NCBI RefSeq assembly: GCF_964355755.1
Contig: NC_092674.1
Coordinates: 7,998,001-8,062,000, forward strand
Source of the DNA: Antedon mediterranea
Taxonomy: Eukaryota; Animalia; Echinodermata
Length of the DNA: 64,000 nucleotides
Direction: 5' to 3'
Shown here: positions 14,201-23,900 of the stretch, piece after piece
Layout of the letters: each line of letters starts with the position of its first letter
Position numbering within the stretch: the stretch's first letter is position 1
Translations under genes and position numbers: made by a program
Notes under the pieces: generated by a model
Seen by the model: only the letters and a program-made list of their open reading frames with translations
Databases searched by the model: none
Told to the model about the DNA's origin: nothing

Positions 14201-15180
14201 GTACAGTTATTATAGAACACAATTAGGAGTAAATATTTTAGACAAATCTGAAGTATAATTAGTTGAGAAATTCTATATGAACCAACCCAATAATACAGGA
14301 CATTCAAGTTGTTAGACATGTGTAGGGGTACAGTTATTATAGAGCACAATTAAGACTCGAGTACATATTTTAGACAAATCTAACAGTATAATTTGGTTGA
14401 GAAATCATCTAATAGACAGCACAATAATACAGGAAATTCTAGTAGTTCACATTTGTAGGGAGGGGTACAGATATTATAGAACACAATTAGGAGTACATAT
14501 TTTAGACAAATCTAACATTAAAACTGGTTGAGTAATCATCTATAGAACAACCCAACAATACAGGACATTCAAGTAGTTAGACATGTATAGGGGTACAGTT
14601 ATTATAGCACACAATTAAGAGTACATATTTTAGACAAATCTGAAGTATAATTAGTTGATAAATCATCTATTGAACAACTCAACAATACAAGACATTCAAG
14701 TAGTTAGGTTACAGTTATTATAGAGCACAATTTAGAGTAAATATTTTAGACAAATTTAACAGTACAATTTGAGAAATAATCTATTGAACAACCCAATAAT
14801 ACACATTTCACATTTAACTAGTTACATGTGTGTAGGGGTACAGTTATTATAGCACACAATTTTAGACAAATAATTTGTTTAGAAATCATCCATTAGACAA
14901 CACAACGACACAGGACATTCAAGAAGTTAGACATCTGTGGGGATACAGTTATTATACAGCACGATTAAGAGTACAGCTGTATTTTAGACAAATCTAACAG
15001 AATAAATTGTTTAGAAATCATCTGGTAAACAACACAACAGTACAGAACATTTAAGTAGTTAGACATCTGTAGGGGTACAGTTATTATAAAACATATATAC
15101 TAGACAAATCTACCAATACAACTGTTTGAAAAATCATTTATTAGACAATAAAACAATACAGGACACTTAACTAATTTCTT
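2560..15180. repeat. Complex satellite built from interleaved 45-bp, 92-bp (45+47) and about 127-bp monomers
   Basis: The 45-mer GTAGGACACAATTAAACAGAGCAATTCAGTTTAGTTTAGTTGGTT forms arrays at about 8840-9925 and 11300-13180. A 92-bp dimer runs about 9930-10800. The about 127-bp unit TTAGACATGTGTAGGGGTACAGTTATTATAGAACACAATTAAGAGTAC... occurs at about 3065-3350, 5680-8830 and 13200-15170. Confidence 0.95.
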
Positions 15181-15289
15181 AGAAAAAAACAATTACCAAT
15201 TTAATTATACACCCAAATGCAAAAACCAAAAGTAACTATTGTTAAACAACTGTACTTTTAGTAGTATTATTGATACAATTTTAATGTTT

Positions 15290-16917
15290 GCAGTCAATTA
15301 AATGAACACTTAACATGCTTATTGTGAAACCTGGTTAAATCCTGCAATATTCTTCTACCCACAGTGTGTTGCTGTTTGGACTGTCATTGAAGGAGCATTT
15401 TCATAGAATGAGCATACTGAAGTAGAAGTCTAAATGTATTCACCTATTCATTTGAAACTCATCAACATTATACAGCAGCAGCTCCATAGTGTTTGGTTGC
15501 ATGAATGATTGGCCAGGACTTGTATTCAATGACATTTTTTAACAAACGTTACATAGATGCTTACATAGGCCTTAATTCTTTAGCCTTTCCAGGTTAAACT
15601 ATTAAATGTGTTACCTTTTATAAGAAATAATTATTTTGAATTAATTTAAGCTCTTCCCTTACAGTTTGTTTTTTAGTATTTTGTAAGTTTTATTTTAATT
15701 TGTCATTAAATTAAATCAAAGATGAAATAAAGTTATAAAAGTTGTCTTCAATTCTGTGTGCACCTGCTTTTATCTAATACATACAGCTACAGATGAAGGC
15801 TGCAGTGGGGTTCTAGTCATTCCATTTATTACTATTCTCTCCTTATTTTGCTCACACTGGGCCACTATTTAAAAAGCTCATCATCCTAAAGTTAAATGAC
15901 TTGCATTAATTTTATTAATCTTCAGTGTTCATGTTTTTGGAAGACAGTACATCTTTAAGTCAATGTGATTGGTTTTTTTAAACTGGTTATATATACTTGT
16001 TAAACCTTATTTCTGATTTACTTTAAACTGAAACCTTTTGTTTTGCTGAAAAGGGTCAAGTCATGACAAGTGCTTTTGCACTTCTGGACTTGATCCTGAC
16101 TGCCATAATTATGAGGTTTACTACATTAAACATGAATTTAAAATGAATTATGAGAACCCTAGCACATGATGATGTTTATGGATGGAGTTGTTGATTTTCT
16201 TGTCCATAATTCTTGTAACATCCAAAGTTGTATAACACTGCATCAGTGTTGTCCACAGCGTAGGTCTATTAGTGTCTGTCAACATATGGTTTTTATTATA
16301 TAAAATGTTATCAACTACATGTTATTAACATGCTCCAATGTTATTTTCTATTTATTTTCGACCAAAAACAAGTTAAAAAAACAATCTTGTATAGTCAATG
16401 TATTCAATTATAATCTCTATTCATCTGTTTAAAAAGAAATATAACATCATGTTTGCATGTACTTGATAACATTTTGTCATACAAACTTACTTGGTGTAGA
16501 TTACTGTAGAAGCTTACTAAACTTAATCTAGGTACTTGGAAATAGTAACCCACCCCACACTTAGCTTTGTACGTCACTAATTTATTGAGAAAAATACAAA
16601 ACTACAGTAAAGTAAACACATTTGCTGATTTACCTTTATTAATTAGTTTTTATTAATGATTTTGACACCTTTTTTCAAGTTAAACACAGGCCTACTACTA
16701 TCATTTGCTATTTATTACTGTATTTTGTATTCTCATCATCATCTTTTATTATTAGTATTTCTGGACAGCGTCAGCTACATCATCTTCATTGATTCCAGAC
16801 AAGACAATTAATGTTCTTCCACCAACATTATTAGTTGGTTATTATTCTCAACTAACTTTTAGGATGGGCTTTAAAACTTTCACATCTTTTTATATTAATA
16901 TATTATAATATCACAAC
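15290..16917 (-). pseudogene. Degenerate minus-strand coding remnant, possibly a transposase (Academ-like resemblance, tentative)
   Basis: Composition is unique and coding-like, with many stops and frameshifts. A minus-strand acceptor lies near 16917. Fragments such as 'DAVLYNFGCYKNY' and 'IVAQ...IVINGMTRTPLQ..VAVCI' recall Academ transposase segments from memory only. Confidence 0.25.
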
Positions 16918-17039
16918 CTAAAAGAAATAAAATAATTATTTAACAATTTGCATAACACATTTAGAAATAAAATTAAACACAGGTATTAGTTATTACTAAA
17001 AGGTACTGTAGTGTAAAACACATACAGCATAAAAAAGCC

Positions 17040-17380
17040 TTGCTTAAGGCCTACCTAGGCTAGGCCTAGTCCTGTATAGCCTACAGACAGGCCCTGCCTA
17101 GCTAGGGCCTACCTACCTATGTGGGCTACAGGCCTAGTAGGTTAGGCCTAAGCCTAGGTCCTCTATTAAGCTAGGCCTAGCTAGTAGCCTACTACTACTA
17201 GGCCTATAGGCCTAGGCTAGGCTTGACTATATGATGAGCCCTATAGGCCTAGTAGGGCCTAGCCTAGGGCCTACCTAGGGCTATATAATCAAATGATTTA
17301 TTTGATTTGAAAAGACTTCGAGTCTAACAACAAAGCCCCGATATGGGTAAAAACCCTACCTGCCTAGGCTCCTAGCCTAT
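17040..17380. repeat. TAGGCCTA/CTAG palindrome-rich tract (right)
   Basis: Dense TAGGCCTA/TAGGCTAG words mirroring the tract at about 1040-1700. Confidence 0.85.
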
Positions 17381-17526
17381 GTTTGGTACAAAATACACAA
17401 AATTACGTACATTAATTATTTTTTATAAATAAATAAAGTTGTTGGAAAGCCTGAAATCCGTGGCAAATGGCAAATCATAATTTCATCGCACATCACATTT
17501 CCTTTCAATTTTTGAAGAAGAAATAA

Positions 17527-17541
17527 CGGAAGTGACGTCAC
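17527..17541. promoter_or_regulatory. Overlapping ETS-CRE composite motif CGGAAGTGACGTCAC
   Basis: Exact CGGAAGTG (ETS) overlapping the palindromic TGACGTCA (CRE), just inside the element end and upstream (minus sense) of the TAGGCCTA tract. Confidence 0.5.
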
Positions 17542-17626
17542 ATGGGCAATGAAAACTCCAACGTAGCAAACGTCCATAGCCAACGTAGCAAAATGACAGT
17601 AGCAAACGGCCAAAAAGTCTTGAATT

Positions 17627-17702
17627 CGTAGCAATCGGCCATTTGAGTTCTTCAGAACGTAGCAATCGGCCATTTGAGTTCTTCAGAACGTAGCAATCGG
17701 CC
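17627..17702. repeat. 31-bp subterminal tandem repeat (about 2.5 copies)
   Basis: CGTAGCAATCGGCCATTTGAGTTCTTCAGAA starts at 17627 and 17658, with a partial copy at 17689. Confidence 0.9.
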
Positions 17703-17712
17703 AACAAGATCT

Positions 17713-17713
<1 letters not shown>

Positions 17714-17774
<61 letters not shown>

Positions 17775-17899
17775 CAATGATGTTGCGTAGCACTGTGTAA
17801 ATTATATATAAATCATACTGTAAATTATAGAAACAGTGCTCATATTCGGAACATGATCTCATAATCGCGTCGAGCACTGTTTCTATAATTTACAGTATG

Positions 17900-17939
<40 letters not shown>
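17714..17939. repeat. Two (TA)n microsatellites enclosing a small fold-back element
   Basis: (TA)n at about 17714-17771 and 17903-17939. Perfect 39-bp inverted arms at 17803-17841 and 17872-17910 with a 30-nt spacer. Confidence 0.9.
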
Positions 17940-17942
<3 letters not shown>

Positions 17943-17998
17943 CAGGGCAAAGATATCGTCACGATTTCTGTTAATTGTTCTTTATTTTGTTATTCAAG

Positions 17999-20900
17999 CT
18001 TGTCCTTCGCCAAAATGGAATCCTCCAGATTGCGAGGAAAACTGTCCTGTATGTTATAATGGTGGAATTTGTGATGATAAGACGGGTGTCTGTATTTGCC
18101 CTGCAGGATTCGACGGTGATGCTTGTGAACACGGTAATTATAAACTATTGCTAAATTACATATTATAACAAAAACATAACATACATTATTATTGAATATA
18201 GTTTTATGTATTTTATTTGCAATAGGTTGTGGAAATAACAAATGGGGTCGTAAATGTGACTCTGTGTGTTCCTCTTCTAGGGGAAATTGCAAAGGAGCTC
18301 TTTTATGTCCACCTGATCCAGTTGGTTGTACATGCATCAATGGTTTTGGAGGAAACCAATGTAAAACAGGCATGAATCATATTAGTTATCATAATTAGGC
18401 CTATGTTATACTATGATAATGTTAATTATTTATAGTCATCACCTTTTCTCTATATCACTTAAAATAGTGAAATTAAGAGTGAAAAACAATTTAATAAATA
18501 CTTTATAGTACTTTATAGTGTTATTATCATTAGGCCTACTTAATATTATTGCAGAATCATATAATAAGATGCCAATCAAATTTGCAAAAACCTGTTTAGT
18601 TAAGTTAATGTAGAAAGTTAAGAAGGTGGTAAATAGGTTATTGGTAAATGTTAAAATTTTAGAGTTGTTCAATAATGTATTTATTAGTATTTATTTCATT
18701 CCAATCCACCAGCGAATCATCGCCATTAACAAGCTGGTTAAAATCTATATAAAAAACTACTTAAGATAAAAAATAAGGCAAATAAAGTGACAAAAATCGT
18801 ATGAAACATTTCAATTAGAAACATTTTTATGAAATAATAGCCAAAAGGGTACTTTGTACTGGACTGTATTTCAAAAACTTGACATTTAATTCTTTCTGGC
18901 TGTTTATCACATCAAATGTATACATTTTTTATTTGTGGCATTAAATAAAAACTAATCATATTAAACTATGTTTTTTGAAGAATGCGAAGCTGGTTTCTAT
19001 GGAGCGGATTGTCGTCAAACATGTCATTGTGACATTGTTGATTGTGATCAACACACAGGATGTACTTCCGGGTCAACATGCTCGTCAGGTTATATTGGTA
19101 ATATGTGTTTAGGTAAGGGATTTGTCGTTTTATGCATTTGTACCTTTCATCAATGTATGCGTGCCTACAAACAAACTGATATAATCGGACTTCCATTTTG
19201 AATGTAAACCATCCATTAAGCCGTCCTCAACTATATTTATAAAGTATAATGGATTTTACATGACGAATTAACTGCCAATAGTTCAAAATACTACATTATA
19301 CCATAATAATAATTGTAACGTAATTATATCCTGGGTGTATCAAAAAGGAAAAAAAAGTTAATTACTGTTAGTTTTTTCAACTGTAGGCCTATGGCCAATA
19401 TTCTGAAAGATAAAACAACTCTCAAATCGGAACTTTTGAATTGTTTTTATAGAACCTGTATTCTGTCCGCCTGGATTCTTTGGTGTTTTGTGTAATTTCC
19501 CGTGTCACTGCAAAGACTCTGCAGATTGTAATCGAGATGGAAGTTGCCCTAATGGTTGTAATGAGGCTTGGGCTGGACCAAAGTGTAGCATAGGTATAAC
19601 TGTACTTACTTACTTAGGCCTACATTCAATTATTTTTATAGATTCAAAGACACCCTTGTTACAGGCCTAATTAAAAAACAACACGTCCCTATAAAAAAAA
19701 ATGTGTCTCAATAACTTACTGAAAACCAAAAAAAACATACAAACAAATTGATTAGTATAAAAGAATAATGTTGTCTAAAATATAAATAAAGAAGAAACAA
19801 AGGACCTTATAGAAGTGAAGTTCAGACAATTTTATTCAACCAGTGATAATCTGTGTTTTTAATAAAAATCATCAATCAGGCGGTAATCAATGTGGTCGAT
19901 GCAGTAAATAGTATTCTAAAATCTTCAACATTTGTTTTAAGTTGAACTGTGATGCTTATGATTTACTTTCGGTTAACATTTACAGTATTCAGAATATTTC
20001 CAATTTGTACCTATTATCAATCTATGCCTTAATGTTTCAATAATTAGCACTACCGTATCGTTCTGAACCGCCAACTATTGTCAACCAGACAGTATGTACA
20101 CTGACTTTTGACGTCACTTGGATTCCTGGTGAAGACTATGGAACAGGAACAATTATAAATCGAAAGCTTTCGTACAAATCATCGGAGATGGATTCATTTG
20201 TATCAAGAACTGAACCATATAACGATGTATTTATTGTTATTGATAATCTCATCCCAAATACTCAATATCAATTCTACTCTCAATTTTCGAGGATGGTTGG
20301 TGGTATTGAGGTATATGGACCAAGAAGTACACTAGGATCAACAGACACAGCAGCAGCAGGTACGTTATAAAATTGATACACAAATATATTTAAAAATTAT
20401 ATTATAATATATGTGATAACTAGGGTATTAAATTATCATACGCAGTAATAATATATAATACTTAAATGGTTTATGTAGTGTTCTTTCCATTCCATAGGTC
20501 ATAGGCGTGCGCGACTCTACAGCTGACTATGTCAGTCGGTTTGTCGGTCGGTAAACACTAACTCAAATTTGCGCACGCGACGGCAGTCATGTATATGGAC
20601 TTTTTTTTAACTTTCATTTTACGATTTGAACTTTGTTTAGACTAAACTGTCGTATATTGCAGAAAAGAATGGTTTGAAACGATGCACTATGTAACTTTAT
20701 TACAGGCTAGACTCCTTAATATATTAAGTTATTAATTAGTAAAATAACCCTGTCATTTTGTCTTTCTCAAAACAAAAATTAATTGCTAAGGATGAATTGA
20801 TTGTGTTTACTCATTTACCAATTTTGCTATCATATAGAACCGTTGGAAGAACCTGCGATAGAAATGAAAGCTAATGAAGACAATCACGTCATCTTAAGTA

Positions 20901-23900
20901 TAAAGGTAAGCCTACATCATTTTGAATTATTGTTTTCTTTATGTATTTATCTGTAAACGAAATGGGCATGTTAGGGGCCCAATATATATTTGTTTACTAT
21001 GACCCAAAATATTTAAACATTGCTATCCGAAAAACTGCAAAGTTTAGCCAAACTTGCTGCCATCCCTTCATACCTCTATTAATAATATGAATAATATGCC
21101 TTCTTTATTTTCAGCCTGTTTATAGTGATTATGAGCGAATCCGGTGTAACTCTATTCTTCGCTATCAAGTGCAATACTCAGACATAGATGGCAGTATACA
21201 AGATGTAATCAGTACGACAAGTAGTTCTCAATTGGAATTAGAACTATCAGGATTGCCAGGTTGTACTGGTTATATCATAAACGCTCGAGTTGTTAATGAC
21301 CTGGAGATTGCTAGTAATTGGGTAGAAGACATAATTATACAAACAGCACAACCAAGTAATAATTTTCAGCTATTCATTGTTTTTTTATTACCTTGACTTG
21401 ATAACATATTTTAGAGATTGCTGGTTAAATTACGGACAGAACTTAACGATACAAACACCGACCTCAGTTTAACATAGTTCTAATGGTTATTATAACGTTA
21501 AGAACTGTTAGGTTAAAGTGCTTTACATATAGTATTACGTTTAAATATTCTTCGAATAAGAAACAAATAATTTATATTGGTATCTAAAAAATATACTAGA
21601 TAATATAACGAGTACTCAGAAATATAGACTTTCAATAATTCAATATTAGTCTACAGCCTATACCATCAAAGGTGAAACCTTGCATAACACAGTTTTATTA
21701 TTAAAAAGAAACCAGTTGGCTATTTGATTTAATTGTTATTACTTATTTGATTTGTATTTTGTTTTTAGTACCATCAATAAAAAGTAAATCATTTGGAAAT
21801 GAGACATATTTGCTTATTAAGTGGAACGCTTCTACGTGTGACATCCCAGATTTTCAGGTGACCAACCATTATGAACTGTCAGGTGGAAAATTTCAGCAAC
21901 GAAGTAGACCTACAAACAAAACTGAAGTTGTATTTGGTGAAGGAATTGAATCGTGTATAGAATATACATTCACAGTCTTGTCATATTCAAACATTAATGG
22001 GACATCTGAGACAAAGAAATTCATATTTGAAACTGATTGTGATCTATCAGATAACATCTCAGACAAAAACAAATTTGGATTCAGTAAGAATCATATTTTT
22101 CAAAATAATCAGAAATATTAATGTCATGTTATATTTTAACGATTGCTATTTATCAGCTGATGACTGGATAGTGATTAAAAGAAGAAAGGTATTGCCTAAA
22201 AACCAATGTCTTCATTTTTTTTCAATTATAATTATTACAATTATTATTATTACAAGATTACTAGACCTTTTGTAAGGAAGCTTTCGATTCCAGAAAATGC
22301 TATTAGGCCTATATACGCCAAGAAATATTAAATTACCATGGAGGTTATTAATAAAGATTGTTGTATATATTGTTATATTTTTCAGATTACATATTAGTAG
22401 CAAGTGGTTCACTGCTTTTTGCAATTACCACAGTTGCAATCATGTTGGTGATATTTAAACGGTAAATAAACTCTCTATAAACTACAATTGAAAGTAGGCC
22501 TACATATATTAAAACTTAACCATTAAAAGTCAGAGTGTACTTTTTTTTTCTATTAGATCGATCTTGAAAAAAGATCAAGTTACAGATTATCAAAGCCTGT
22601 CTAAGAAATATCAACGGAATGAATATGAAGTTATTAGGGATAATGTCGATGATAATTCTGCTGCTGAATCCATCTACCCAGATTCTGAGCTTGTATCGCA
22701 ACGGGAACCTGGCCCCCTGTCTTACAACTTAACAATCGATAATGAAGAATACAAACCAATTGAGTTATTAAAGCTACATGACTATGTGAGGAAGCGCCAA
22801 TTAAGCGTTGACAATGGTTTTGAGAAAGAATTTGAGGTAAGCTAAAGTTGTTTTAACTGCCTAGTATATTATAACACATTTCATTTTCAGTCTCACTAAC
22901 TATTTACAATTCCGTTAACTATAACGAAGATTTTTAATAACGATATTTTCAAGCCAGAATCTCTTGTTGATCTGTTAGATATCCATAATTCCATCCATAT
23001 ACAGTTCTGTGCCAATGCTATTTTTGTCAGTCAGTTCACATAACTACAGAGTTCCATCACATGATTCATTGTGCATTTAGTGTTGAAATATCATTTTAGG
23101 TATCGCAACTTGATGCCAACAAGCCTTTCCATTCTTGGAACGTTGCCGAATTACCGGGAAAGAAAAATCAAAATTCTAATGTCATTTCATGTGAGTTTAT
23201 TATTTATGTGTTTAATGTATGTTTTTAGTTGCACTTGTCAGCATATGTCAATCTAAAAAAATAATCCTAAGTTTGTATTTACGAAAGAATGAATAAAGAG
23301 AAAAGAAAAAAGTTTGAACCGTGAAGTAGATATTTCGCTTTATTAAAAAAATATGTATTCAAGATTTTAGAAATGAAAAAATGGTAATAAATAATGAATA
23401 ATTTAAGACTAAATCGCTTTATTTCAGATGACAACTCTCGAGTGCTTGATACTGTTCCCGGATCTGACAATATAAATGCTTCGTATGTAGATGTAAGTTG
23501 CTTTATTAAAGCCTAGTAGAGAAGATACTATTTATTGCGAAATCAATCGATTACCTAATGTTATATCTTACCACTACAGTGGCAGGGTCTTCAATTTGTA
23601 AAATTAAGTGCTGTTGTTACCCTAATTTCTATTTATAAAATTATAGTGATGGAGGACTGGGTCAACACGTCACAAAATGTTTTAGGAGAAACGTGCATTG
23701 TTATAAAATAAAAATCTGTGTTTTATTTTCAGGGACGTTATGAACCACGAGAATTTATTGCATGCCAAGGTAAACTTTATTTTTACCAAGATCATCATAA
23801 TAATAAATATAATACAAATTACATACACAAGAAGGAACGTCAAATTGTCTCCTTTAAGGTCCAAATTCTATATATCCAATTAGTGTCAATAATTAGTATA

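Larger units (their letters stand above)
1..17713. mobile_element. Large (>17.7 kb) degenerate DNA-transposon-like element with inverted subterminal motifs; left end outside the window, right end abutting (TA)n
   Basis: TGTCATTTTGCTACGT (86-101) is the exact reverse complement of 17583-17598, and TTTTGGCCGTTTGCTAC (252-268) of 17599-17615. Six GTAGCAA motifs cluster at 17563-17696. TAGGCCTA-rich zones lie symmetrically at about 1040-1700 and 17040-17380. The block ends at ...CAAGATCTGG followed by (TA)n. Confidence 0.6.

Noticed and set aside
17416-17877. ORFs 'MADCYVLKNSNGRLLR...' and the YI-repeat ORF
   Set aside because: They arise from the 31-bp subterminal repeat and (TA)n.
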